Assembly: GCA_013265495.1 (NCBI GenBank)
Contig: MU060970.1
Coordinates: 11,485,063-11,549,062 of the forward strand
DNA from: Vicugna vicugna
Taxonomy: Eukaryota
Direction of reading: 5' to 3'
DNA length: 64,000 nt
The translations under genes and the position numbers were made by a program. A model generated the notes under the pieces. The model was not told where the DNA came from and did no database searches. It saw only the letters and a list, made by a program, of their open reading frames with translations. This document shows, piece after piece, positions 35,673 through 49,637 of this stretch (its first letter is position 1; each line of letters starts with the position of its first letter).

Positions 35673-38600
35673 AGGTGAAAGGACGAAACTCTTGGCTTGG
35701 AAGCCTAATAGCTAGAAGCCAGCTTCTCTAAACTGTGCTCTTGAGCACATTATAGCCATATAAACAGAATATGAGGAAGTGGTGAACTCAGTGTACCACC
35801 ACCCTATGAAGGAGGTAGAGTCACAACAATGCATGTCTCCTGCTGGAATCTGGAAGGAAGGTCATTTCTCATGAAGATGGATTGTCCCCACAAGCACAGA
35901 AACATGTTCTCCTCGTAAAAAGGAAAGTACAAAAGATCACTATGATTTTAAGAACCATCTCACTCAATGATACCCTTAAGGGTGTTCCCTCCCCAAGAAA
36001 AGGCCCGGATAGGTTATTCATTTAGGGGTTCAACTGGGAGATTCTTTCCAAACATCCAGGAGTAAGCCACCCACTGGATTCTGGCTTGCCCTGAAAATGC
36101 TTCTGTGAGGCATCGCACAAAGTTGTCATCTGTTGGAAGTTTATCTACTGCCTCGTGAAATTATCTTTAAAGCATCGATTTATGGAGACCAAAGTATCTC
36201 TAGTAGCAGTGGCCTCCAGGAAAGAAATGCACCAAGCAGTATGGAGGTCCTTACAGAGACAGCTAAAGGACTGGAAAGCTGTTATATTATACAGCTGACA
36301 CGCCCAAGAAGTACTAGAAATATGGCCTCTGATTAGGGGGCCACCTGCAGAAATTCCTCAAGGTAGCAAAAAAGGGGAACACAGCATCTTGAGACTACTC
36401 AAGCTGACTGACATCTTTTAAATTCACTCCTTGTTGCTCAGTGAGGAAGCCAAGTTTTCACGCATAGCAGTCAAGACCAAACAGGGGACGCACTTCTGCT
36501 CACTAACACTGACCAGCTGTAGTTGAGTCAGATTCCACAGGACACCAAGGCCAGGATCTGAGAAAAATGAAAGCTTCATTCCCAAAGAATCAAGCTCCCA
36601 GAGGACAATGAGATCCTGAACAAGCTTCTCATGCAAGTTACTGATGCACCTTAAGTTTTTCCAAGAGTATATAAAGTGAAATTTGGAGTTTAATTAAAAT
36701 CAGAACAGGAACACATTAAACAAATATACAAAAAAATATTTTCTAATCATCAATTTTTGAGACTGAAAGCATCTCCAAAACTTCGGAGATCCAGCTTATT
36801 CCTGAGACGTCAACCATCACAAAAGGCTTCACTCTTTGAACTATTCACCTTTTGTAGCAGAAAACAGAAAAAGTTCCTCAGACATTCTTCCTCTCTTCTG
36901 TCTAAAATGTATTTGCAAACAAGGTCTTTTCATAGTTCAAAAGAAAAACAAACAGCTTGCTTTCTTAGCCAGTTGGTCTGTTATTCTCACCCCAGGATCT
37001 GATCTCTTAATAAGAGGGTTCAGGGCACCAAATCCAACCAGAAATTCTCAGGACATCAGTGGCTCTTTTACTTGTCTTTCTCTGAGGGTAGTCACTCTCC
37101 CAGGATTACTGTGCCAGTTAATAGTCAGAACAGCAGCGTGCGGGGGTGGGGGGTGGGGGGGAATGAAGCAGCAAAGGGTAAGGGAAAAGAATGAGGCTTT
37201 CGTGAAGGACCCAGGGAAGGCAGAATGGTCCAGTTTCACAAACCACCCACTACAAACTCCAAACATGCACACCCAAAACTAGGAGAAGGAAAAGAGCTCT
37301 TAAGGGACTAGGGGAGACAAGGGATGGTGACATGGAACAGCAGACTCGCCTAGGGACATTTCTCACCTTCCTAACACCGGAAGATGTGTAATTAAAAAGT
37401 TGCTGTTCAAAATTGTACTGAAAACATATGTAAAAATAGGTCTGTACTCATCTTAAAAATAAAAGGTCACTCCTCAGATAAGAAGAGAGACAGATATTAT
37501 CAGATACCAACATTTGAGGTATCTTGGATGTCTATTTAAAAAATGGCCTGGCAGAGAAAAGGGAAGGAGAGAGAGAGGGAGGGAGGCAGTGAAGGAAAAG
37601 GAAATTCAGAGTACCATGTGAAGGGCAAGCAAACTGGGAGAAACACATTTTTAAGCCCATGTTTGTCTATCTCAGCAGCCAAAGAAAGCAGGTCCACAAA
37701 GGAAAAAAGTTTAGATCTTTTCTAAGAGGATTCTGAAAGTCAACTTTAAACTTAAAATTCAAGAAACTACAATCAGAGACAACAAATATCACAATGCTCA
37801 CTGGACTGAAAAATAATGACTACTGAGCCTGGGTACTCAGAGGGTTCAATGTCTTCCGAGGTCATTCTTGGGTTATCCCCCTGCAGAATACTATGATCGG
37901 TCATATCCGAAGTGCCTCTGTCACGTGGTACGGGCCTGCTCTGGGAGCAGATGAAATCACCCAGAGAGCTCAGAGTATAAAACGACTGCAAGCAATGAGA
38001 TGCAAGCAGGGAGGAACGGGAGAAAAGGAGGAAAGAACAGCTAGTTACTGAGGACTCTTTTCTGATGTAACGAAATTGTTGCACAACTGTGCTAAGTAAA
38101 GGAACGGGAAGATGAAATGTTAATACTAAAGACAAGACATTCCTCCCAGAGGAAGGAGGGGAAATGGACCTCAGAACAGTGCCACAGGGTAATGCTACTA
38201 GAATTGTACAAACTGTGCTCTGTCCCCAAGGACAAACACTTCAAGGTAAAGGGAAAGCAGCTCTCTTCCTGTTTACCATTTCCCTCTAATGGTTTTCAAG
38301 CCCCCAAATCCAGATTCTTGCAGCACTGAAACATGGGTGAGAGACAGAGGGTAAGAATATGAATGATGCTGAACACATCAAAACTCCGTATCACTTCCCC
38401 AGACTTCCCAGCCAGCCAGTAATTGGTAGGTTGACTTGGGATTAAAAAAAAAATGGGGCAGGGTGGACAGGAACCAGAGTTAACTGTTTTCCTCTGTGCG
38501 CTCTTAGTTCTACAGAAATATGCCAAGGGCCTTCAATCTAACTGTCTAACTGGGAAGGGGAATAGGAAACAGGGAGAAGAAATGATCAGATGCAGCTCAT

Positions 38601-38760
38601 CTTCGCATCCTTTGGCACCCGGAGGAAGAGGAGGAGGTGGAGACTGCAATGGGGACTGCTGGTACTGCCTCTTCGGTCTTTGCACTGTTGATCCTATCAG
38701 CCAAATCAGGTACACACAGGCATCAGTGTTGCTGCTTTTCTTCTGATGCTCTCAGGACAG

Positions 38761-38792
38761 TCAGATGTCCATCTCAAACTGAGCATCATCCC
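38761..38792 (-). CDS. EIF4EBP2: EIF4EBP2 exon 3 coding part (TOS motif FEMDI)
   Basis: Acceptor ttctaaccag|GGGATGATGCTCAGTTTGAGATGGACATCTGA, encoding GDDAQFEMDI-stop. Confidence 0.98.
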
Positions 38793-39298
38793 CTGGTTAG
38801 AATGAAGAAAAGGAGAACCTGAGCACAAAGAGGAAAAGCAAACTGTTTGATTTAACTGTCATCCCCTCTGCACGAGGGTTAAAAAATAATTCAAACTGTC
38901 TCATTTTCTGCTGCCTTAGAACAACTATTCTACTTCGCTTTAGTTGGTCTTTCTAATCTGGGGGGAAAAAGACCGGCAGTCAAATCACCCTTGGGGAGGA
39001 GGAGCAACCGAGGGAAAGAATACAAGTGAAAACTTTCCAAGTGTCCCTTTGTCCACAGGTTGACTATCCAGGAGCTCCTGGGGAGCACTTGGCCATCTAT
39101 TGCGTCAGCACACTCTTCTGGAGGCTCTGAACTTTGGCCCTGCCCTGAATCGACACTCTGTCCATTAAAACCTCATTTGGAATTTGAGGCAGAACACTGG
39201 CTTGTCTACAGGGATCATGCAGTGTAAGCCAAGGTGTACTGCAGGAGCTGGCCATTTCTATCTCGTTTCCAGAGACAGAAAGGACCCATTACTAAAAA

Positions 39299-39326
39299 TG
39301 TGTGTGTGTGTGTGTATGTGTGTGTG
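39299..39326. repeat. (TG)8TA(TG)5 microsatellite in EIF4EBP2 intron 2
   Basis: Read directly from the sequence. Confidence 0.9.
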
Positions 39327-39786
39327 AAGGTGGGGGTACTGAATTATAGGCAGTCCTAGAAAATGAGGGGAAAAAAACCATACCACTTTTCCTTACACCA
39401 TAAAAGGGACATTCTTCTTTTAAGAAACAAGGTCTATTTCCCAAAGGTGATGGAAATGAGGGCTATTCAATTCTGTTACATTTCTGTGTGTGGGTTATCC
39501 CTAGTCCAACAAAGACCAGTTTCAAGGAGTCATCTTTGGGATTTACCATTCCCTGATTTTGCATTCTTCTTCACCCCCTACCTAGATTAGATCTGATTAT
39601 GATTTAGAACTCAGGGTTGCTAGAACATTTCAGTAAGTCATGGTGATGGGAGTGGGGTGAGGTGGGAACCTTAGAGACATACAACTGAGCATCAGTTATG
39701 AAGCATCAACATTTTTTCAACCTACAGCAGACTGACACTCGAATCCCAGGACTACCACTTGGTNNNNNNNNNNNNNNNNNNNNNNN

Positions 39787-39972
39787 NNNNNNNNNNNNNN
39801 NNNNNNNNNNNNNNNNNNNNNNNNNNNNNNNNNNNNNNNNNNNNNNNNNNNNNNNNNNNNNNNNNNNNNNNNNNNNNNNNNNNNNNNNNNNNNNNNNNNN
39901 NNNNNNNNNNNNNNNNNNNNNNNNNNNNNNNNNNNNNNNNNNNNNNNNNNNGATCATAAATGATTCGGGTTC
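39787..39972 (-). CDS. EIF4EBP2: EIF4EBP2 exon 2, mostly hidden in an N-run; 3' boundary inferred
   Basis: Acceptor gttttccag|GAACCCGAATCATTTATGATC (G-T-R-I-I-Y-D) is visible at 39972-39952, then N. The end assumes the 186-nt ortholog exon, which gives 145+186+32=363 nt. Confidence 0.85.
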
Positions 39973-40479
39973 CTGGAAAACAGGGTTTAAAGAAGACGAA
40001 GTTTTACATCCTGTTTCAAGCATAATTTTAGGGTAAGAAAAGTAGAAATTTACCTTCATCTTCTTTGGAGGGTGCTTTGAGAAATAAGAACATAGTAACA
40101 ACTCAAAAAGGCATCTGAAATTATGAGGAATGAATCATTCTGGAGAACAAAAAACAGTTTAATTTTCAAAAAATGAATAATCTGAATTATTTTGAACAGA
40201 AAATTTTCGAATACAGATTTAAAACTTTCTACCACCTTAAACAGAAAACAATTCAGCCCCTTCTTGATGAATCAGGGTCATTATGAAAATCATTTATTAT
40301 ACTATGTTGTGACCTAAGAAGTCTCAGGGCCTATTCAGTTGATGCTCTCAAACTGTAATACACTGTATTTTCCTTACACTGTACAGGATACAGATTGGCA
40401 AGGCTGTGCTTGTGCCCCTCCCCACCATGGTTCCTTTGTCTCCTCCCTCACTATTAGGCTATGAACCATCTTTCTTCCA

Positions 40480-40808
40480 TGTCTTAGCAAGTACCATAGA
40501 CTGAGTGTCTTACACAGAAATGTATTTCCTCACAGTTCTTGAAAGATGCCAGTATCATCTATTTCTGCTGAGAGCTCTCTTCTGGATGTGTAAACATACA
40601 CCATCTCATTGTGTCCTCTCATGGGGGAGAGGGGAGCAAGCTCTCTGGTGTCTCTTCTTATAGGGCACTAATCCCAACATGAGGGCCCCACCTCAGGACT
40701 TCATCTTAACCTTATTACCTCCCAAGGCCCCCATCTCTAAATATCATCACACTGTGGAGGTTAGTGCTTCAATACATGAATGGGAAGGGCATAATTCAGT
40801 CTATAGCA
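40480..40808 (-). mobile_element. MLT1A-like MaLR LTR
   Basis: CTCTGGTGTCTCTTCTTATAGGGCACTAATCCC..TTACCTCCCAAGGCCCCCATCTCTAAAT..AATTCAGTCTATAGCA. Confidence 0.8.
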
Positions 40809-41329
40809 CACCCCCTTTACACCCATTTTACCTTGATGCATCTAATCTGTTGGGTTTAGAAACTGGTCACCTGCTTAATTTAACGCTATGTAAAATAAGA
40901 GCAAATAGGCTTGGAAGGGGTCTGATTGCTTTCCAATGAACAAAGGGTTGGAAAAAGGGTGGATGGATTCTGCACTTAGTGGATGGATTTCTTGTGTCGC
41001 CCTCACTTTTGTTCATGGCTAGGTTTCAGAAGGGTGAGATTTCGCTGTGAGATGTTCTTACTAACATTCAACTTGCAAGCTGGAACAAGATTATTCTGAG
41101 TTCTGTAATACACCAAGCTTAGAAACTCTGGGGGTGAGGTGGTTAAAAAAAAGTGCAAGATTAAAAAAGCAAGCTTTCTACTTCTAAATTATATATTACT
41201 AACAACATACAGAGCAAAGAACTGTAATTGAACCAAGTAGGAAATAAGTAGTAGAGAGCCTATCTTAATGTGTGAGATATGAGGAACTTTAAAGAACTCC
41301 TATGACTTTACAGAGGCAATAAAATATAT

Positions 41330-43160
41330 TTTTACTGCTTCGAGATATAATTCATGTACAATTCATTTATTTAAAGTGTGTAATTTAATAGTTTTCAGTA
41401 TATTCACAGAACCGTGCAACCATCACCACAGTCTATTTTAGAACACTGTCATCATCCCCAAAAGATAACCTATACACATTTAGCAGTCCCACCCCGTCTT
41501 CCTCCAACTTCTCCAGCACTAGGTAACCACTAATGTTTTCTGTCTCTACAGAATTGCCTATTCAGGGCATTTTATATAAACGGAATCATGCAATATGTGG
41601 TCTTTTATGACTGCTTCTTTCACTTGAAGGTTTTATCAGTGTACAGATGACTCTTGAATAATGCAAGTTTGAACTATTTCTCAACAGTAAATACTATAGT
41701 CCTACATAGTCAGTGGTTGGTTGAATCCATGGATGTGAAAGGCCAACTCTTAAGGTATAATTGGATTAACCCCTATGTTGTNNNNNNNNNNNNNNNNNNN
41801 NNNNNNNNNNNNNNNNNNNNNNNNNNNNNNNNNNNNNNNNNNNNNNNNNNNNNNNNNNNNNNNNNNNNNNNNNNNNNNNNNNNNNNNNNNNNNNNNNNNN
41901 NNNNNNNNNNNNNNNNNNNNNNNNNNNNNNNNNNNNNNNNNNNNNNNNNNNNNNNNNNNNNNNNNNNNNNNNNNNNNNNNNACCGCTGGATCATATGGCT
42001 TAACTTGCTGAGTTACTAGCAGACTGGTTTCCAAAGTGGCTGCACCATTTTCCATTCCCAGCAGCAGTGTGAGGGTTCCAATTTACATACATTGTAGCTA
42101 ACACTTCTCATCTTTTTAATTACAGCTATCCTAGTGGCTATGAAGTGGTATCTCAGGATGGTTTGATTTTAGTTTGCATTTCCCTGATGGCTAATGATGT
42201 TGAGCATCTTTTCATACATGCCTTTGGCCATTCAAATGTGTAGCTTCTTTGGAAAAACATCCTTTGCCTATTTTTAAATGGGTTATCTTTTTAACCACTG
42301 AATTATAAGAGTTCTTTATATATTATGAATACAAATTTCTTATTCAAATAACTTGCAAATATTTTCTCCTGCTCTGTGGGATTCCTTTTCACTTCCGTGA
42401 TGGTATTCTTCAAAGCCCCAAAGTTTTAAATTTTTAATGAAGTCCAACTTATGTCTTTTTCTTTTGTTGCTTGTGCTTTTGGTATCATATCTAAGAAACT
42501 ATTGCTTAACCAAGGTCATAAGGATTTGTGCCTACCTTTTCTTCTAAGAGTTTTATAGCTTTAGCTCTTTCTTCCCCCATTTAATTGTCTCAGCACCCTT
42601 GTCAAAGATCAATTGGCCATAATTGTGAGGGTTTATTTCTGGACTTCCATTGATCTATTTGTGTATCCTGATGAGATAGTATTACTGTCCCGATCTATAA
42701 TAACTTCTGAAATCAGGAAGTATGAGTTTTCTAACTTTGTTTTTCTTTTTCAAGATTGCTTGGGCTATTTTAGGTCTCTAAAAGTTCCTTTTGAATTTTA
42801 GGGTCAACTCTGCAAAGAAGCCAGCTGAGATGTTGATGGGGATTGTGCTGAACAGATAAATTTGGGGAGTAATGCCATCTTAACAGTATTAAGTCTTCCA
42901 ATCCATGAACACAGAATGTTTATTTATTCAGGTCTTCTTTCTTTCAACAATGTTTTATAGTTTCCACAATGTAAGGTTTGTGCTTTTTTTTGGTTAAACT
43001 TATACTTATGTATTTTATTATTTTTATGTTATTCCAAGTTATTTTCTTGATTTCATTTTTGGATTGTTCATTGCAAGTGTATAGAAACACAATTTTGTAT
43101 ACCAATCCTGTATCTTGCAACCTTACTGAACTCACCTATTAGTTCTAATGAGTTTTTAGT
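41330..43160 (-). mobile_element. L1M (L1MB-like) fragment interrupted by a Tigger-like element (about 41643-41781) and an N-run
   Basis: GCAACCATCACCACAGTC.., TTTGCATTTCCCTGATGGCTAATGATGTTGAGCATCTTTTCAT, AAGTCTTCCAATCCATGAACA. Confidence 0.85.
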
Positions 43161-45687
43161 GGATTTTAAAGACATTTGGTTTTAAATGCACACAAAGTAA
43201 ATAATTCAGAAGAGAAGACACCTGGAAGAACTAGGATCTTAACAGATGCTATTAATATTCTCAAATATGGCCAGGGATAATATGAGTACAAAACCACAGT
43301 ATTTCAACTGTTTGAATTTTAGATCACAGTAAGCTAATTAATTTGTAGCAGCTACATGGCAAAACAAGAGTCAACCTGTCAGTAACTAAGGATTCTATGG
43401 TGTTAACTCAAAAGCATCTGACATTCAAAAAACCAAAACTAGTAAAAGAAAAACATTAAGACTTGACTATACATAAAATGCCAGGAAAAAAACCATTTCC
43501 TATGTTGGATATTGTATTTACTGTGAAATTATGTGAATTGCAAGACAACTAATTTAAAAACCTAAAATATTCAGGGTGTCTTATATATGTACATGCATAG
43601 ACATACATTTGCTGAAGCAAGAACTTCTTAGTAATTCAAATTTAAACTGCTGGCCACATTCATGTCAGCCCAACTCAGTGTCAACCAATGCATCCACAAC
43701 AAACTAGAAACAAGTTAACCATAAATTTCTAAAGAAGGTTAAAAAAAACACAAGAAATCGATAACTTGCATATAATACAATATTAAAATGGAGCATAATT
43801 TTAATCAACTGATGGAATATTAAAAAAAATCTATTTGACATTGACAATGGAAACTTTTTCATTCCAGTTAGTCTTCCATTTCCTTGTCTATGAAAATCAT
43901 CATACTCTGGTTTTACATTTAAAAGCTAAAAAATTCATAGTATTGTATATGCTATTTACTAGTTTTTCAATATTTACAATCAAACCATAATAAAAATGAA
44001 CTATCATAGTTAAGGAAGAGTATGTAACTGTTACAGACCCTGATACTGTAAAAACAATGGAAAGGTTGACCTACCAGGTAAGTAGAGGCAGGACGGGTGG
44101 ATAATATAATCTCATGGTGGAGTGCTAAAATTGACAGACTGAGACACAGAGGTTTAACTATATTACTTAGTTTTAAAGGTAACTTCCCAGAAGAACCAAA
44201 AATGATAAAATAATTTACAGAAATTGGTAAATGGAGAAAGGAGGGGAAATGAGAGAGGCAGAAAGAAATGAAAGTCTCCTATATTCCTCATTTTCATAAC
44301 AGGGTGTCAACAGTATTATCTAACGTTAAAAAAAAAATCAAGAAATTGTGGTAAACATATTTACAGCAACAGTGGTGTAACCAATAAAATTATTATAAAT
44401 AGAAACTGTTAAAAGTGGCAGTCTATTACCATTTTATTTTGCATTTTATGAACTTCTGTTCAATTTTTCCTTTTCTACTTTGTTTTTAAAACGTTCATGT
44501 ATTACTTTAGTCTTTATGTTTGGATTTCAGAACAAATACGACTCTTCAGATCTAAGTTAACATCACATATCTATAAATGTTCTTCATTCCTTGGTGACCA
44601 GATATTAGGATAAATCTAATACACTGACTTTCTAAATGCTGACATTACTAGGATAACAGAGTAAAACTTAATTCCTTTGATGGAGAACAGAGGAGGAAAA
44701 AAAAGCTTCTACCTTTTGATCTAAAAACTAGTGATTTTCAAATGGCAGGGAACAAGGCCAATAAACAGGGCCCAAAATTATGCTTGCCAAGATGGTTAGT
44801 ACACAAACAAGGTCATGCAAGCCTAAGGGCCTCTTTCAAGACCAAACAGCTTAGTTTAAATGACAATTAATCCATGTATTACACCTAAGAAATTGTATAA
44901 CCTGAAATAAAACCACCTAGAGAAAGTCCACTGTAACATGGTTAACTGACAGGGTAGTAGTTATACTTTTGCAGGGTCCTAATCATAAAATTGTTTAGCT
45001 AAAGCTGCTTCCAGAATTAGAATTACATTTCTACTCATGCAAATAGATAGCTCAGAACAAGAAACATTAAGTAACTTGCCCAAATTGAATAGCTTGAATA
45101 GCTAGTGACAAAACCCTTCAAGAAGACTGAGATGAACCCACACCCACCCCGCAATATCCCAGGCAGGGAGGGAGAGTGTGGAGTCAAACAGGGCTCCCCT
45201 CAGGGGACTTTCTCCACCCAAGAGGAAAATCTTCCTCAGAAAACCCTTAGCGGATCCCCTCCCTACAATCATTAGGCCAGAACTGGGTCAGGTGCCCACC
45301 AGAACAGACACTGGGGAAGACACAGAGTAGTCAGGGTGTATTTTCTGTAGCTTGGCATACTTTCGTTTTAAAAAAAAAATGAGGAAATCTGAGGTAGCAC
45401 TAAAGAAGAGAGAAAAACTGTTGGGCTAGAAACTAATAGCACCAGCCACATCTGTATTTAATATTTACTAAATTTAATAAATATTAATTTAACCAAAATG
45501 GATTAAAAAAGTTAAATTAGGATGATGGGAGGTAGTAGTACATAAATTGGAAGAAGGGTGTATACAGCAACTAATCTCTCATCTTCCATAGTAGAAAACT
45601 AATTGTTAATATCTAAAATTGAGCAATAGCATTAAATCATGTTATTTAGAAACCCAGAGGTAAATGCTAGAAGAAACAGCTGAAAGA

Positions 45688-45792
45688 CATATGAAAACAA
45701 ATATATGTATATTCATGTATGACTGAAGCATTGTGCTGTACACCAGAAATTGACACAATATTATAAACTGACTATACTTCAATTTAAAAAAA
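45688..45792 (+). mobile_element. Short cetartiodactyl-type L1 3' end with TSD, nested in older L1
   Basis: ATTCATGTATGACTGAAGCATTGTGCTGTACACCAGAAATTGACACA..CTTCAAT plus polyA. TSD AAACAGCTGAAAGA vs AAATAGCCGAAAGA (12/14). Confidence 0.75.
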
Positions 45793-45999
45793 AAATAGCC
45801 GAAAGAGTTTAAAATGATTTGTTTCTCTGGGGAGCGGAACTGGAGATGAGGGGATGTGGCATAAGAATGTTGCTTTTTGTTATTAGCCTAATAATACTAT
45901 ATGACTTTTAAACTTAACTTTCATAGGTACAAAAAATAAATGTGAAAGAAAAATAAAAGAATGACTGCATGAATATCAAAAACATTTTGTAAGTCAAGC

Positions 46000-46285
46000 A
46001 AGTCAGTCACAAAAGATAATATGATTCCACGTATCAAGGTACCTGGACTAGTCAAATTCAGACAGAAAGTAGAATGGTGGTTGCCAGAGGCTGGAGGTGG
46101 GTAGGTAATGGGGAGTTATTGTTTAATGAGTATGAAGTTCCAGTTTGGGAAGAGGAAAAAGTCCTGGAGATGGATGGTGGTGACGGTTGCACAGCAATGA
46201 GAATGTACTTAGTGCCATGGAACTGTACACTTAAAAATTGTTAAAATTGTAAATTTTATGTTTTTATATTTTATTACAATAAGAA
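46000..46285 (+). mobile_element. L1MB-type 3' end
   Basis: AGACAGAAAGTAGAATGGTGGTTGCCAGAGGCTGG..GAGATGGATGGTGGTGACGGTTGCACAGCAATG. Confidence 0.85.
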
Positions 46286-48379
46286 ATATACTTGATTTCA
46301 GACTTCTAGCCTTTAGAAATGTAAGAATAAATCTGTTGTTTAAAGCTTCCCTTCCACCAAAAAAAAATTTAGATCAAGTGTTAAAAATAAAATTATAAGG
46401 AACTGGTTGGGGGAATGACTTAAAAAAGTATTTGCACAAAGAGAATACAAAAAATACAAAAAAAAGTATTTGCAAATATAAATATATACATAACATACCC
46501 ACACTAAAGCCATGAGGAAGGAAGGTATCCTTCAAATCTAGAGACTGAATTTAAAAAAAAACAAAGCACTTGGCAAGTAATCTCAGTATTCCATTAGGAA
46601 TTCTTGACAAGTCTCCATTAAAGCCTCATATAAGCGCCCACCAAGAGATGAGAAACAGATACAAGATGAACAAGCAGCAAGTGCTTCTAATATACTCAGA
46701 AAAGTAGTCTGCCTCTTCCCCACTTCTCTCAGCCCCGGTCCCCCTTCAATACTAAGAAGGGAAAATAAGTGAAAATATAGAAAGGACTTACAAAAAAAGT
46801 GATTTTCTCTGCTTTTTATTCTTCCAGCTTGGGAGGGTGATTAACAAGGTCTGTGTTTGATTGAAGTGTTAGAGAACATTCTTGAATGAATTTCAGTTTT
46901 AAACAACATCTGTTTTTTCCTGGAGTCTCTGGATGAAAAGACTGACTCCTAAAACCTCTATGCCAGATAGATAACCTAGAGGAGGCTAAAAGCTGCCTAA
47001 CCCCGTATCCTCCAGGGAGGTTGACGGTGGCCAAACCATGTTCAGTGTGTACAACCACCAAATCCGTAAAGTGCTAATAAAAGCAAGAGAGGGACAATTT
47101 TCAACATCAACAAAAGGCACAACTGGAGCCTCAGGATCTTATAACTTAGTATGGCTAAATAATTATGGCAAATGGAAGACATTCAAGGTTTGTGAAAAGC
47201 CAGTCTTACTGCCCTTTGATTAACTCCAAATCTCAGTAACTGGGACCAAAGGTTTCCAAGATATTAATGTCAAAGAATGGCTCCCTGCCCAATCCCGCAG
47301 GACACTGCTATAGCAGGACACACACCTAGGCTGAAAGGGAAGTTGCTAATTACTATGTACCTATTGAGAAGGTCTAGCGTTAACAGAGTCCTTAGACAGT
47401 GTCTAGCAGAAGCCTGTCATTTTACAGGTGAAGAAATTAACATCCAAAGAAGCTAAACATATTTGTAAAAGATCACATGGTGACAGGAGTCAGGAGACCA
47501 ACATAAATAAGCAAGGTTCTCTAAGCAAATTTGGCTCTCTTGAGCCTCTGCTGCAAAATGATTTGAAACAAATGATCTTTTTAGTTAGTACCAGGTCCAA
47601 AGTGATACACACACCACTAACTAATCTCAAATAAATGCCAACTGATTTTAAATCTATCTAGCCTTGACCATCAGAAAATCTGGGTCAAAATAAAGTACAT
47701 CATATATGTCCATGTCTGTTTGGGTGTCAACATTCCTCTTGAAATAAATTTTCTCCACAAGAAATGCCTGGCTCTGATTCCAGGAAAATGCTGATTTGAT
47801 CTGCCAGACTGTTGACTGTAGCCTGGATCAATTCTTTGGATTAGATTTCACAGATGTTGTGGTTCAGCCTCTATAATGCTAATAATTAATGAAGGCTCAC
47901 TGCTTTGGTATGGGGAAAGCACTCAGATTCAAGCCTGGCTTTCATCTCCACTATTTGTTTTCCTCCCAAGTTCATTCCTCTTGGGCACCTTAAAAAATAT
48001 ATAAGCAATGCTTATCTATCAACATCTTCTACTTTTACTTACAGTAAGGAACTTTAACTCTGTCAATGAAGTTTGTAAGAGGCAAAAGCCTCTGGAGATC
48101 ACTGATCTAGGTCACTGTTTTTATGTGCTGCCTATTCATAATGGTTCTTGGAACTTATCAGACCAGAGAGAGGTTTCATTTCAATGTAAAAGCAACCCAG
48201 CTCTAACATAAACATTTTCTGGTGATGAGATGAGCACCTCTCTGAGGCCCAAAGGATTAATTATGACATCTTAAAAGGAATCACAAGCCTCTCACACTCT
48301 CTGACAGATATCTCTTAGGGCCTAGAAAGCAATGATCTATCTTCACCGTCAGCATTCCTGTTATAAACAGGACATTTTT

Positions 48380-48878
48380 AAAAAGATTAAAATTGAATGA
48401 GGTATTATCTTGATACTAAAACCGGACAAAGGTATCGCAAGNNNNNNNNNNNNNNNNNNNNNNNNNNNNNNNNNNNNNNNNNNNNNNNNNNNNNNNNNNN
48501 NNNNNNNNNNNNNNNNNNNNNNNNNNNNNNNNNNNNNNNNNNNNNNNNNNNNNNNNNNNNNNNNNNNNNNNNNNNNNNNNNNNNNNNNNNNNNNNATTAA
48601 CATAACACATCATATCAATAGAATAGAAAACAAAAATCACATGATCATCTCAATAGATGTAAAAAAAAATATGCATTTGACAAAACCCAATACTATTTCA
48701 TAATAAAAACATTCAATAGACTAGGAATATAAAGGAACTTCCTGAACCTGATAAAGGGCATCTATGAAAAACCACAACTACCATCTTATCTAATGATGAA
48801 AGACTGGTGGTTGCCCCCTAATATTGAGAAGATGTCAAGGGTGTTTGTTCTCATTCTCTGCTGTTTTTATTCAACACT
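48380..48878 (+). mobile_element. Degraded L1 ORF2 (reverse transcriptase) fragment
   Basis: Translates INITHHINRIENKNHMIISID..AFDK, with frameshifts. Confidence 0.85.
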
Positions 48879-49637
48879 NNNNNNNNNNNNNNNNNNNNNN
48901 NNNNNNNNNNNNNNNNNNNNNNNNNNNNNNNNNNNNNNNNNNNNNNNNNNNNNNNNNNNNNNNNNNNNNNNNNNNNNNNNNNNNNNNNNNNNNNNNNNNN
49001 NNNNNNNNNNNNNNNNNNNNNNNNNNNNNNNNNNNNTCTGGGTAACTGATCCTTGCTTGTTAAGGTTTTTACTTTTACAAACACTCAATGAAATAAACAG
49101 TTTTTGTTAGAGCATTTGTCCTAAAGATCTGAAAGATTATTTAGATGCAAACACTCACATTTCTGAGTTTTGGCTTCAAGCCGTGAGGTGAAGAGGGCCT
49201 TTAAAAACTAGCCACACATCGGATAGATAGCTGGGTGTTAAAACACAGGTTTTAAGGGGTCTTCACGAAGTTCTGTGATGCACCAATTTGAAACAGGTAG
49301 CCTGGGCCTTACCTATTTAACAAGTTGAATTGACTGCAAGTTTCAACTGACTTGTTCTGTTATGAATGGAGCAGCAAAAATCTTTTAAACATTAATCTGT
49401 TCATCTAAAGACTAGGAAGCCAAGAAAAAGTTCTATCCTTCACCAACAAACTACTGTCCTGCTCAGGCTCTCTTCCTCTCCAACCAGATGAGTTTTCCCA
49501 CATTAACTTTACCCTGTCTGATTTGCAAATCTTCTCTCACACACATGTATAGTCAAGCCTGTAGTGTCTCTAAACCATGCAGGACCCCTCCCATAAAACT
49601 GTCTTTAAGACTACAGTCCTCAAAAAGTTCTTTTGGA

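Larger units (their letters stand above)
32350..38760 (-). other. EIF4EBP2: EIF4EBP2 long 3'UTR, about 6.4 kb
   Basis: Runs from the stop codon to a distal AATAAA followed by a U-rich tract. The human ortholog has a similarly long 3'UTR. Confidence 0.7.

Noticed and set aside
38533-38715. 60-aa ORF in the proximal EIF4EBP2 3'UTR
   Set aside because: GTG start, short, no supporting signal.
38752-38763. EIF4EBP2 stop-codon readthrough (UGA-C context)
   Set aside because: A second in-frame TGA follows after two codons, and the context is not UGA-CUAG.
48596-48790. Reverse-transcriptase-like peptide as a novel RT system
   Set aside because: Frameshifted L1 ORF2 relic.
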